From: an uncultured Candidatus Saccharibacteria bacterium
Lineage (GTDB): Bacteria > Patescibacteriota > WWE3 > CAZQFB01
Length of the DNA stretch: 64,000 nt
Assembly: GCA_964592525.1 (NCBI GenBank)
Contig: CAZQFB010000001.1
Coordinates: forward strand, 279,299 to 343,298
Reading direction: 5' to 3'
Position numbers and translations under genes: made by a program. Below are positions 9,613 to 18,767 of the stretch, one piece after another. How positions within the stretch are numbered: the stretch's first letter is position 1; every line of letters begins with the position of its first letter. The notes beneath the pieces are model-generated. The model was not told where the DNA came from, made no database searches, and worked only from the letters and a program-made list of their open reading frames with translations.

Positions 9613-10743
9613 ATGTTAATTAAACCTGAAATTGAGAAGGTAGCTAATATCCGGGTGGTGGGTTTAGGTGGTGGTGGTGGTAATGCCATAAATTATATGG
9701 TTGATCAAAGGCAAATCCAGGGGGTGGAGTTTATGGCCATCAATACTGATTCGCAGGCTTTAGCGGCTAATAAAGCGCAAACTAAAATACAAATTGGTCG
9801 AGAATTAACGCGTGGGTTAGGCGCTGGGGCTAATCCAGAAGTGGGTTTGAAAGCAGCCGAAGAAAGTGCTGATCAGCTTCATGATTATCTGCAGGGCAGC
9901 GATATGGTCTTTATTGCGGCGGGTATGGGTGGTGGTACGGGTACTGGTGCTGCTCCCATTGTTTCTGCGATTGCCAAAGGTTTGGGGGCTCTAACGGTTG
10001 GCGTAGTCACTAAACCTTTCCATTTTGAAGGCGCGCGGAGAATGGAGAATGCCGAGATGGGCATTGAAGAATTAAGGGATAAAGTAGACGCCTTAATTAC
10101 CATACCAAACCAAAAGTTGTTAGAAGTGGTGGAAAGAAAAGTGTCTATGTTGGAAGCCTTTAGTGTTGCTGATAGTGTTTTGGCCCATGCTGTGCAGGGT
10201 ATTTCTGATTTGATTGTCTTACCTGGTTTGGTCAATGTTGATTTTGCGGATGTGAGAACCGTGATGACCGATGCGGGCTCCGCTTTAATGGGCATGGGGG
10301 TTGGTCAAGGTGAAAATCGCGCGACGATTGCCGCTAAGCAGGCCATTTCTTCCCCGCTACTAGATATTTCGGTCAAAGGCGCTAAGGGTATTTTGTTTAA
10401 TGTCGTTGGTGGTGATGATTTGGGCATGCACGAGATTGATGAAGCAGCTAAGGTGGTCGCTGATGCCGCTGACCCTGATGCCGAGATTATTTTTGGTGCC
10501 GCTTTAGATGAGAACATGTCAGATCAGATAAAAATTACCGTCATTGCGACTGGTTTTGAAGAACATAGTTCTCTCTCCACGGGTCTTAGTGGCGTGATCA
10601 TAAGTCAAAAACCGTCCATACTTAAAGCAGAAAACATAGCCTTAAAAAAGGAAGCCAGTGAGAGTGCAAAAGAAGAAGACTCCTTTGACTTGCCGGATGA
10701 TAATGAATCTGAACTTGATATTCCCGCTTTTTTAAGACGCTAA
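9613..10743 (+). CDS. ftsZ: cell division GTPase FtsZ
   Basis: tubulin signature [25 protein letters not shown]. Confidence 0.95.
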   Translation: MLIKPEIEKVANIRVVGLGGGGGNAINYMVDQRQIQGVEFMAINTDSQALAANKAQTKIQIGRELTRGLGAGANPEVGLKAAEESADQLHDYLQGSDMVFIAAGMGGGTGTGAAPIVSAIAKGLGALTVGVVTKPFHFEGARRMENAEMGIEELRDKVDALITIPNQKLLEVVERKVSMLEAFSVADSVLAHAVQGISDLIVLPGLVNVDFADVRTVMTDAGSALMGMGVGQGENRATIAAKQAISSPLLDISVKGAKGILFNVVGGDDLGMHEIDEAAKVVADAADPDAEIIFGAALDENMSDQIKITVIATGFEEHSSLSTGLSGVIISQKPSILKAENIALKKEASESAKEEDSFDLPDDNESELDIPAFLRR

Positions 10744-10791
10744 GTAAAGAACCCCTCAAGCTGTAAGCTATATTGGGGTTCATGATTGCTC

Positions 10792-11172
10792 TTATTGGTG
10801 TGTGATCTCCTCCTCCCTGAACCACACCTTTCCTTCAAGGGAGGTAACGTCTCCACCCCAGGGGTAGTGTGCTACGCCAGTCCACGGCGGTGTGGAGAAA
10901 TCAAGGACACCGATCATTGCGGCTATTCGCCCCGGGGTCCAGTAGCGCAGGAATGCCAAGCAGCTGGGGCAACTTGGTCGATGGTCATACACTAGTGCCC
11001 CCTCGTCGGTACAAACAATCTCCACTAGTTGACCACACTCGGGGCAATAGGCTCTGATCGTGAGCGACATCGCTCCTGTTTCTGGATCAGTACCATGGTC
11101 AAATCTGAAACTTGCATATGACAGGAAGTTGATCCTGACGTCATCGGTAATGAGTAGATCGTCAAGTGCCAT
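10792..11172 (-). CDS. hypothetical Cys-rich (zinc-ribbon, CPECG...CPSC) protein in a stretch with locally elevated G+C
   Basis: ATG at 11172 with GGGAGAGAAG upstream; composition clearly more GC-rich than flanks; no family recognised. Confidence 0.4.
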   Translation of the reverse strand: MALDDLLITDDVRINFLSYASFRFDHGTDPETGAMSLTIRAYCPECGQLVEIVCTDEGALVYDHRPSCPSCLAFLRYWTPGRIAAMIGVLDFSTPPWTGVAHYPWGGDVTSLEGKVWFREEEITHQ

Positions 11173-11258
11173 TTCTTCTCTCCCTTGTGTAGTCAGCCGT
11201 TAAGCTGACGAGAACGGGTAAAATATACTATAAGATACATTAGTTGTCAATACTAGTG

Positions 11259-12131
11259 CTAGCGGGGATTAACGACATTTTTCTCAAGTACTTTCGCGAT
11301 TGTATGGATGATTCTAGTACCTTCTGGTTCGGTTGTCTTCTCTCCTAAGATGGAGATAACCACAGTGTTGTGGTCGCCTTTGACTATGCCAATATCATGA
11401 AAAGCTTCGGGTAGCAGGGTACCCGATTTATGGTAGAGCTCAATTTGCGCAGAAAAACCTTGCGGTAAACGATTTTCTGTTTCGGTGTTCTGCATTAAGG
11501 AGAGGAGGTGTTTTTTTTGTTCCATAGCTAAAAGATCACCAAAATAGAGGTTATGCAGAAAAAGCGTCAAATCATGACCCGTGGTCGTGTTTTCATAAAC
11601 ATCTGTATTTAGCATTTGGTTGTCAAGCGCCACTTGTTGAATAGCTGATAAGCCAACTAACTCGTTTAAAGCTGCCCAAGAATCATTGTTACTTTGGTTA
11701 ATCATTGATTCTAATAGGTTTTTAACAGTGGTGTTACCGTAAGTGGTGTCTAAGGTGTAGTCGGAGTTAGTGAGCAGGCGGTAGGTGGCTACCGCAGTGA
11801 GTAATTTCATCGTGCTTGCGGCGTGGTACGATTTAGCACCGTTAATTTCCACCAGGGGTGTTGGTCCAGCCGACCACACCACCACAGACCATGTGCCCGA
11901 AGCGGTGTGGAGTATTCCTTTGATATCTTCTTCTGTATGGTCTTTATTAGAGGTTGGGTTAAGTTTAATTGAGCTGGCGGACAGTATCCGGCTTTGATAT
12001 ACGGTTGAGCCACTTAAATTAAGATAGAGAATGCCCGTAATAAGACCTAAAGCAGCAGACGAAATAATAAAAGACAGACCGGTAATTTTATTCATCCGCT
12101 GCATTTTACTGTATGAGCGCAAAATAATCAT
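11259..12131 (-). CDS. membrane-anchored serine hydrolase of the class A beta-lactamase / penicillin-binding fold
   Basis: S-x-x-K (ASTMK), SDN-like (SNND) and KTG-like (KSGT) motifs in order; N-terminal TM. Confidence 0.65.
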   Translation of the reverse strand: MIILRSYSKMQRMNKITGLSFIISSAALGLITGILYLNLSGSTVYQSRILSASSIKLNPTSNKDHTEEDIKGILHTASGTWSVVVWSAGPTPLVEINGAKSYHAASTMKLLTAVATYRLLTNSDYTLDTTYGNTTVKNLLESMINQSNNDSWAALNELVGLSAIQQVALDNQMLNTDVYENTTTGHDLTLFLHNLYFGDLLAMEQKKHLLSLMQNTETENRLPQGFSAQIELYHKSGTLLPEAFHDIGIVKGDHNTVVISILGEKTTEPEGTRIIHTIAKVLEKNVVNPR

Positions 12132-12181
12132 CTTAAGGGAAATCTTGTCGGTTATTAGTTTCTCTGGTTTAATAGCGCAGT

Positions 12182-15043
12182 ATGGCTAAAGTGATGTCAG
12201 CTCAACCTAATTTTGTTGAAATTGAAAAGGAACTTCTTGGTAATTGGGAAAAAAAGAATATTTTCTCAAAATTACAACAAAAGAATCGTGGACATGAGAA
12301 GTGGTCTTTTTTAGATGGTCCAATCACGGCTAATAATCCGATGGGTGTTCATCATGCTTGGGGTAGGACTTATAAAGACCTTTTTCAAAGATATAAGGCG
12401 TTGCGTGGTTATGAGCAGCGTTATCAAAATGGCTTTGATTGTCAAGGGTTGTGGGTTGAGGTGGAGGTAGAGAAAGAACTAGGTTTTAAATCAAAAAAAG
12501 ATATTGAAGCCTATGGCATTGCCGCCTTTGTGGAGAAATGCAAGGAGCGCGTGCTGCGCTATACTAAAGTGCAAACAGCGCAATCAATTAGATTAGGACA
12601 ATGGATGGATTGGGAAAACTCGTATCTGACCATGTCCGACTCTAATAACTATGCTATTTGGGCTTTTCTAAAAAAATGCTATCAGGCGGGTTGGTTGTAC
12701 AAAGGTCATGATGTAGTACCATGGTGTCCTCGCTGTGGTACTTCAATCTCACAACACGAGATTTTAGCGGAAGAGTATCAAGAAGTTACGCACACCTCAA
12801 TTTATTTTCGGGTACCTGTTAAAGGACGTCAGGACACCTATTTTTTAGTGTGGACGACAACACCTTGGACGCTACCGGCTAATGTGGCTTTAGCGGTTCA
12901 TCCTGAATTTACTTACCTGGAGTTACTGGATTCTCGGGGAGATACTTATATTGTCCAGGAAAACTTCCGGCAATTAGTACCTGCGGCGAGTGAAACAGCC
13001 AGGTATTTGGGTTCTAAAATGGCAGGTGTTGAGTATGATAGCCTGTTTGCGGAGTTACCGGCTGTTCGTACCCAAATGGATGGTTATCAGCCCAAGGTGA
13101 TCATGTGGGAGGAGGTGACTTCTCAAGAAGGTACTGGTATTGTGCATATCGCGCCGGGTTGTGGTCAGGAAGATTATCTCTTAGGCAGAGAACAGCGTTT
13201 AGCTGTTATTGATCCGACGGACGCGGCTAGTAAATACCCAGAGGGTTTTGGCGAGTTTAGCCGCCACCTAGTTAGTGATGTGGCGGAGTCAATATTTAAT
13301 AATCTTCAACACAAAGGGTTGCTCTATAAACTACATGAGTATCAGCACCGTTATCCTACCTGTTGGCGCTGTAAGTCCGAGTTAATCTTTCGTTTGGTGG
13401 ATGAGTGGTATATCTCCATGGAGCAATTGCGTCCGCGCTTGATGGCAGTCGCTAGAAAAATGACCTGGCTTCCTGATTTTGGGCTAGAGCGAGAGTTGGA
13501 TTGGCTTAAGAATATGAATGATTGGATGATCTCTAAAAAACGTTATTGGGGTCTAGCGTTACCGATTTATGAATGTCCCCAATGTGGTGGTTTTGAAGTT
13601 ATAGGTTCAAAAGCAGAACTTCAAGCTAGAGCTGTTCAGGGGTGGGATAAATTTAAAGACCACTCTCCCCACCGACCTTGGGTTGATGAGATTAAAATAA
13701 AGTGCCGTGACTGTGGTCAAGTAATATCTCGGGTACCAGATGTTGGTACGCCTTGGTTAGATGCTGGTATAGTACCTTTTTCGACTTTGGATTATTTTCA
13801 AACTAAAGAAACTTGGCAGCAATGGTACCCCTTTGACTTTGTCTGTGAATCTTTCCCCGGTCAATTTAAAAACTGGTTTTATGCGTTGATTGTGATGAGT
13901 ACTGTTTTGGAAAATGAGCTACCCACCAAAACCGTTTTTGGTTACGCTTCGGTGCGAGATGAGTTGGGGGAGGAAATGCACAAGTCAAAAGGTAACGCTA
14001 TTTGGTTTGATCAGGCAGTTGAAGAATTAGGAGCAGATGTGATGCGTTGGATGTACGCCCGCCAACCAATAGTTAATAATTTACGTTTTGGTTATAAAAC
14101 TGCGGATGAACAAAGACGTCGTTTACTTGTGCTTTGGCATACGCAAAAATTTGTCGTTGATAGTATTGGTCTTAGTGGTTATAAACCGCAACTTCAGCTA
14201 ACTGGTCTAAAATTATCGCTTTTAGATCGCTGGGTACTCTCGCAATATAACGGTTTGCTGAAAAAAGTGACACAATCTTTAGATCAGTATGACGTGGCTG
14301 GGGCAATGCGTGAAATTGAGGTCTTTTTGACGGATTTTTCCCAGTGGTATATTCGCCGTTCTCGCGATAGAGTTGGTTCAGCCAAAACAGACACTGAAGC
14401 TATTAGTTTTTACGAAACTGCCTTGTATGTGCTCTTAAATTTATTGAAAACCCTCTCACCCATCGTGCCATTTATGACGGATTATATGTATTTGACCTTG
14501 CTGCAAGTTTGTGGTCAAGAAGGTCTTGCCTCAATTCATCTTGAAAATTGGCCCATGGTCGATGAAGCCATGATAGATGGTCGCCTGGAGCAAGAGATGG
14601 CACAAGTGCGATATATGGCTGAATTAGGTCATGCGGAAAGGAAAAAAGAACAGCTTAAAGTTAGACAGCCTTTATTGTCTGTTTCTTATCTTGTCTCTAA
14701 AGAACCCACCTGGGTCAAAAATATTGAGCTGGTCGAACTATTACAAAGTGAACTTAATGTTAAAGAAGTGAAATTTAGGCAGTCACCAGAAGCCTCTGCT
14801 ACGACCGTCACGGCTAAACTTGATACCACCATAACACCTGACTTGCAGGAAGAGGGCGAGGCTCGGGAAATAATTCGTCGCTTGCAAAGTATGCGTAAAG
14901 AATATGGTTGTGCACGTGGTGATAAAGTAGATGCTTATTTGCCGACTTGGCCAAAACGTTTTGAGCAAGAAATCATTAAAACGGCGGGTTTAAGCCGTTT
15001 ACTTGTTGATTCTAGACCACGGATTGAAGCACTAGAAAAGTAA
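12182..15043 (+). CDS. ileS: isoleucyl-tRNA synthetase
   Basis: class I aaRS: HHAWG (HIGH-like), GFDCQGL, editing/zinc CPRCG..CPQCGG, WMISKKRYWG, KMSKS as HKSKGN; 953 aa. Confidence 0.8.
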   Translation: MAKVMSAQPNFVEIEKELLGNWEKKNIFSKLQQKNRGHEKWSFLDGPITANNPMGVHHAWGRTYKDLFQRYKALRGYEQRYQNGFDCQGLWVEVEVEKELGFKSKKDIEAYGIAAFVEKCKERVLRYTKVQTAQSIRLGQWMDWENSYLTMSDSNNYAIWAFLKKCYQAGWLYKGHDVVPWCPRCGTSISQHEILAEEYQEVTHTSIYFRVPVKGRQDTYFLVWTTTPWTLPANVALAVHPEFTYLELLDSRGDTYIVQENFRQLVPAASETARYLGSKMAGVEYDSLFAELPAVRTQMDGYQPKVIMWEEVTSQEGTGIVHIAPGCGQEDYLLGREQRLAVIDPTDAASKYPEGFGEFSRHLVSDVAESIFNNLQHKGLLYKLHEYQHRYPTCWRCKSELIFRLVDEWYISMEQLRPRLMAVARKMTWLPDFGLERELDWLKNMNDWMISKKRYWGLALPIYECPQCGGFEVIGSKAELQARAVQGWDKFKDHSPHRPWVDEIKIKCRDCGQVISRVPDVGTPWLDAGIVPFSTLDYFQTKETWQQWYPFDFVCESFPGQFKNWFYALIVMSTVLENELPTKTVFGYASVRDELGEEMHKSKGNAIWFDQAVEELGADVMRWMYARQPIVNNLRFGYKTADEQRRRLLVLWHTQKFVVDSIGLSGYKPQLQLTGLKLSLLDRWVLSQYNGLLKKVTQSLDQYDVAGAMREIEVFLTDFSQWYIRRSRDRVGSAKTDTEAISFYETALYVLLNLLKTLSPIVPFMTDYMYLTLLQVCGQEGLASIHLENWPMVDEAMIDGRLEQEMAQVRYMAELGHAERKKEQLKVRQPLLSVSYLVSKEPTWVKNIELVELLQSELNVKEVKFRQSPEASATTVTAKLDTTITPDLQEEGEAREIIRRLQSMRKEYGCARGDKVDAYLPTWPKRFEQEIIKTAGLSRLLVDSRPRIEALEK

Positions 15044-15044
15044 A

Positions 15045-16112
15045 ATGTGGCGACAATTAAACAAAAGAATTGATCCTTATCTAGTATTACCTTTAGTTTT
15101 AATTTTGAGTTTTTCCCTTGTGGTTATTTATTCTGGTAATGTTAACTTAGCACTGCAGCACTTGCTTTTTTCAGCTATCGGGCTGCTAATTATTGTTAGC
15201 CTGCCCCTAATTGATTATCGCTATGTGGCAAGAGTTTCTCCGTTATTATATTTGGGTTTATTGGTAATCCTTGCAATAGTATTGCTCTTTGGTCAAGAGG
15301 CGCGTGGCTCGATGAGATGGTTGGATCTTGGTCCTTTTCGCTTTCAACCTTCAGAGTTTGCCAAAGTGATCCTGATTATCTTCTTAGCTCGCTATTTAAG
15401 TTCCCAACCAGTTGGTAGATTAAGCTTAAAAAAAGCTATTGTCACGCTGATCATCTTCATCTTACCAACCGCTTTGGTGTTTGCGCAGCCGGATCTTGGT
15501 ACGGCGGTTACTTTTATGGGCGTCGGTTTGGGTTTATTATTTGTTGGCGGCGTCAGTTGGTGGTTTATGGGCAGTGGTTTGGTGCTGTTTATTTTGTCTC
15601 TACCTTTAGTCTGGAATTTAATGAAAGACTACCAAAAACAAAGAATAGCTGTTTTTTTAAAACCAGAGAGCGATACTTTAGGTTCTGGTTATAACGTGAT
15701 CCAGGCCATTATTGCCGTCGGTAGTGGACAATTACTGGGGCGTGGCTTTGGGCGTGGTACGCAAAGCCACCTCCGCTTTCTACCCGAGCAGCATACTGAT
15801 TTTATTTTTGCCACCTTAGCTGAAGAGTGGGGTCTGTTGGGCGTGGGGTTATTACTGTTTTTCTTAATGGTATTAGTTTATCGAATATTAATTATTGCAC
15901 AAAGAAGTAAAACGTCATTTGGTTATTATCTGTGTTTGGGAGTAGTGCTGCTTTTGATGATTCAGATAATCATTAATGTAGGTATGAATTTGGGTTTAAT
16001 GCCCGTAACGGGACTCCCTCTCCCCTTTGTCTCTTATGGGGGTAGTGCTTTGCTGGCGTATTCTGTGGCTTTAGGGTTAGTTCATAGTATTGCGGTGCAG
16101 GACCAATCATGA
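15045..16112 (+). CDS. rodA: SEDS-family protein, RodA-like (second FtsW/RodA paralogue)
   Basis: SEDS topology and conserved blocks; distinct from ftsW copy at 5146. Confidence 0.7.
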   Translation: MWRQLNKRIDPYLVLPLVLILSFSLVVIYSGNVNLALQHLLFSAIGLLIIVSLPLIDYRYVARVSPLLYLGLLVILAIVLLFGQEARGSMRWLDLGPFRFQPSEFAKVILIIFLARYLSSQPVGRLSLKKAIVTLIIFILPTALVFAQPDLGTAVTFMGVGLGLLFVGGVSWWFMGSGLVLFILSLPLVWNLMKDYQKQRIAVFLKPESDTLGSGYNVIQAIIAVGSGQLLGRGFGRGTQSHLRFLPEQHTDFIFATLAEEWGLLGVGLLLFFLMVLVYRILIIAQRSKTSFGYYLCLGVVLLLMIQIIINVGMNLGLMPVTGLPLPFVSYGGSALLAYSVALGLVHSIAVQDQS

Positions 16113-16139
16113 TAACATCCCGAAGCGAAGGCAACGCAT

Positions 16140-16451
16140 ATGTCACAGGCAGTAATTGCTCTTAAAGGCAAACAATATCATGTAAGTGAGGGGGATTTGT
16201 TAGTCATTGATCAGATGGCTGATACTGCTGTGGAGGTGGATGGTGTCTTGCTTTATCATCAGGACGAAAAGGTTTTGGTAGGGACTCCATACTTGTCTAA
16301 TGTTCGGGTACTACTTACAGTTGAGGGTAAAACCAGGGGTCCAAAAATTGAAGTGCGTAGGTTTAAGGCTAAATCTAGATACCGCCGACATCAGGGTCAT
16401 AAGCAACCCCAAGTTAATGTTAGGGTCAAGACGATATCCTTAAGTAAATAA
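16140..16451 (+). CDS. rplU: 50S ribosomal protein L21
   Basis: AVIALKGKQYHVSEGD N-terminus typical of bL21. Confidence 0.9.
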   Translation: MSQAVIALKGKQYHVSEGDLLVIDQMADTAVEVDGVLLYHQDEKVLVGTPYLSNVRVLLTVEGKTRGPKIEVRRFKAKSRYRRHQGHKQPQVNVRVKTISLSK

Positions 16452-16468
16452 TAAATTAGGATTAGCTA

Positions 16469-16732
16469 ATGTCAAAAACAAAATCAGGAGGTTCCAAAGC
16501 CAATCAAGGTAAACAGACGGCCGGCAAAAGATTAGGTCTGAAGTTAGCTGGTGGTCAGCTGATCAAAGCAGGGCAGGTGATTATCAAGCAACGTGGCAGT
16601 AAAATGCTACCGGGAATAAATGTTGGTATGGGTAGAGATTTTTCTCTGTTTGCTACCAAGGCAGGTTATTTACATTTCAAATCTGCGCGGGGGGGTAAAA
16701 AAACCGCTTGGGTTGAAGCTCTTAAGGACTAG
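16469..16732 (+). CDS. rpmA: 50S ribosomal protein L27
   Basis: KSGGSKANQG...KRLGLK...QRGSKMLPGINVGMGRD matches bL27. Confidence 0.9.
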   Translation: MSKTKSGGSKANQGKQTAGKRLGLKLAGGQLIKAGQVIIKQRGSKMLPGINVGMGRDFSLFATKAGYLHFKSARGGKKTAWVEALKD

Positions 16733-17316
16733 AGGGTTGTTGTGTCTAATGGGTTTTTCACTAAGCCGATATCTTCAGGCGGCCAATAGACTATAAAAGC
16801 CCGACCAACAAGATCTTTCTTTTCAATCGTACCCCATTCACGTGAATCTGAACTAGCTTCACGATTGTCACCAATAACAAAATATTCGCCACTACTGATG
16901 GTAGTGCTTTGACCAGGTGGTAAATATTTTTTTCCTTGGGTGATGGCGTCTGGTGCTAAATAGGTTTCGTTGAGCACAAAACCATGCGGCTGTTCGCTGG
17001 ACGTAATAATAATTTGGTTATTTTCAATTTTAATCGTTTCCCCTGGTAGGGCGATGATTCTTTTAATGTAGTCGTAGCGGGGATCTTTAGGAAAATGAAA
17101 GACGACTACATCACCTCGTTGTGGCTCGTTAAATTTGTAAGTGAGTTTATCTGTTAAGAGTAGAGAATTGTTGTGGAAGTTGGGTAACATTGAATCACCT
17201 TGGACTTTGTGTGGTTGGGCGGTAGTGGCATATATTAAGACAAAAAGGGATAAAGCTACTGCTATGGTTTCCAACACATCCACAAAAAAATTACCAATCT
17301 TTTTAAAAATATCCAT
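16729..17316 (-). CDS. lepB: signal peptidase I
   Basis: catalytic Ser box GDSMLPNF and GDNREASSDSREWG box; N-terminal TM. Confidence 0.85.
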   Translation of the reverse strand: MDIFKKIGNFFVDVLETIAVALSLFVLIYATTAQPHKVQGDSMLPNFHNNSLLLTDKLTYKFNEPQRGDVVVFHFPKDPRYDYIKRIIALPGETIKIENNQIIITSSEQPHGFVLNETYLAPDAITQGKKYLPPGQSTTISSGEYFVIGDNREASSDSREWGTIEKKDLVGRAFIVYWPPEDIGLVKNPLDTTTL

Positions 17317-17529
17317 AAACGAACCTACCTCTATAAGTTAACCTTACTGTTAATATTACTCTGACCCCACGTTGACTTGGGGGTACTTAACAATGATAGC
17401 AGCTAGTTATTAGATAATCTATTGTTCATGTTGTAGAATAATTAACGCTAGTCAACACTTGCTTGAGGATGTTCGGTTGCGTAGCTTTGTAGTTTAGAGC
17501 GCTTCGTACACACTTGCCCGTTATGGTCC

Positions 17530-17602
17530 GAGCCGTTAGCTCAGTTGGTAGAGCGTCCGGGTCACATCCGGAAGGTCGTAGGTTCGAATCCTACACGGCT
17601 CA
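17530..17602 (+). tRNA. tRNA-Val (anticodon CAC)
   Basis: manual cloverleaf fold: acceptor GAGCCGT/ACGGCTC, D-arm GCTCAGTTGGTAGAGC, anticodon arm TCCGG-GTCACAT-CCGGA, T-arm GTAGGTTCGAATCCTAC; CCA not encoded. Confidence 0.75.
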
Positions 17603-17924
17603 CACAAGCGCAGGCAGCCGGGTTGGAGAGGTTTCGGTGGTTTTGCCCCGCAATAAAATAGTGCGGGATCGCCTTCCCGCCTATGGGCAGGAACCAATGA
17701 CCACAGGAGGTCAAAGTATAAGTAGTTTTCAGTAAGGCTGCTTGTTAGTTTCTTGTTCGGGGTTTGCTAAGGTGGGGGTGGGGTCGGGTGCTAATTAATA
17801 TTAAGCGCATGAATAATAAGGCTACCCACTGCTTGCAGCTGATGATATTATTTGTTTAACCCAAAATAGGGAATAATTTACTCGTGGAGAGCTAGATGGT
17901 GTTTATGGTTATTAGAGTGTATTA

Positions 17925-18728
17925 ATGACAAAAGATTTCCTTAAGTTACAGGTTGCTAAGTTACCGAAAGAGGCCTTGCCCAATCATATTGCCATTATTC
18001 CCAATGGTCATCGGACTTGGGCTAGAAATAATAATAAAAAGACTACCGAGGCTCATAAAATCGGGATGGAAATTATTATTGAGCTCTCTCGTTATTTAAG
18101 AACCTTGGGTATTCATACCGTTTCTGTTTGGGCAATGTCAACCGAGAATTACCTTAGGCGAGATAAAGAAGAAGTTAAGGGTTTGATTGATCTACTAATG
18201 TATGCTTTTAATAAGTGGGCACAGGAGTTTTATGACGCCGGTGCTCGGATCATTCATTTAGGCAGAAAAGATAGAATACCGGCAGAGTTGTTAAAGTTAA
18301 TTAAAGAGTGGGAGGAGAAGAGTTGCCGTCAAGAGAAGTATTGTGCCAATATCGCCTTTGATTATGGTGGTCATGATGAATTATTGAGGGCTATGGCAAA
18401 AGCTTGGGCAGATGTTAGCGCAGGCAAAATAACTTTGGCGGCTTTGTCTGAAGAGGTTGGTTTGTATCATGGTAAATACCCCTATTTAAGATTTAAAGAA
18501 TATCTTGATACTAGAGACCAAAAATATCCTTATCCGGATTTAATTATTCGTAGTTCTGGTGAACTAAGGCTAAGTGGTTTTATGCCGTGGCAAAGTGTCT
18601 ATTCAGAATTTTATGCCACTCCCGAGTTAATGCCTGATTTTACAGAGGATACTATGAACAAAGCATTACTGGATTATGCTGGTCGTAAACGAACCTTTGG
18701 TGGTGATAGCACGGCAACTTCTTCTTAA
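17925..18728 (+). CDS. uppS: undecaprenyl-diphosphate synthase (cis-prenyltransferase)
   Basis: HIAIIPNGHRTWA and DLIIRSSGELRLSGF motifs. Confidence 0.85.
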   Translation: MTKDFLKLQVAKLPKEALPNHIAIIPNGHRTWARNNNKKTTEAHKIGMEIIIELSRYLRTLGIHTVSVWAMSTENYLRRDKEEVKGLIDLLMYAFNKWAQEFYDAGARIIHLGRKDRIPAELLKLIKEWEEKSCRQEKYCANIAFDYGGHDELLRAMAKAWADVSAGKITLAALSEEVGLYHGKYPYLRFKEYLDTRDQKYPYPDLIIRSSGELRLSGFMPWQSVYSEFYATPELMPDFTEDTMNKALLDYAGRKRTFGGDSTATSS

Positions 18729-18767
18729 TTCAGTATCTCGCCTAGACATAATTGGTATACTCCCAAT

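Noticed and set aside
9885-10295. 136-aa antisense ORF inside ftsZ, plus similar antisense ORFs inside clpB (30848-31480), the PT-rich gene (29124-29537, 29870-30265) and murG
   Set aside because: Long antisense frames are expected opposite GC-rich or Gly-rich coding regions. The sense genes have strong homology signals.
10749-10781. Possible terminator hairpin GAACCCC...GGGGTTC after ftsZ
   Set aside because: The loop is 19 nt and there is no clear T-tract; too weak to call.
17603-17700. Second tRNA or SRP (4.5S) RNA downstream of tRNA-Val
   Set aside because: No T-arm or acceptor pairing for a tRNA. The conserved SRP domain IV motif (GGAAGCAGCC-like with GNRA loop) is not present. Kept only as a possible unclassified structured RNA.
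17514-17735. 73-aa ORF in the six-frame track
   Set aside because: Lies entirely over tRNA-Val and its downstream structured region; an artefact of the tRNA sequence.
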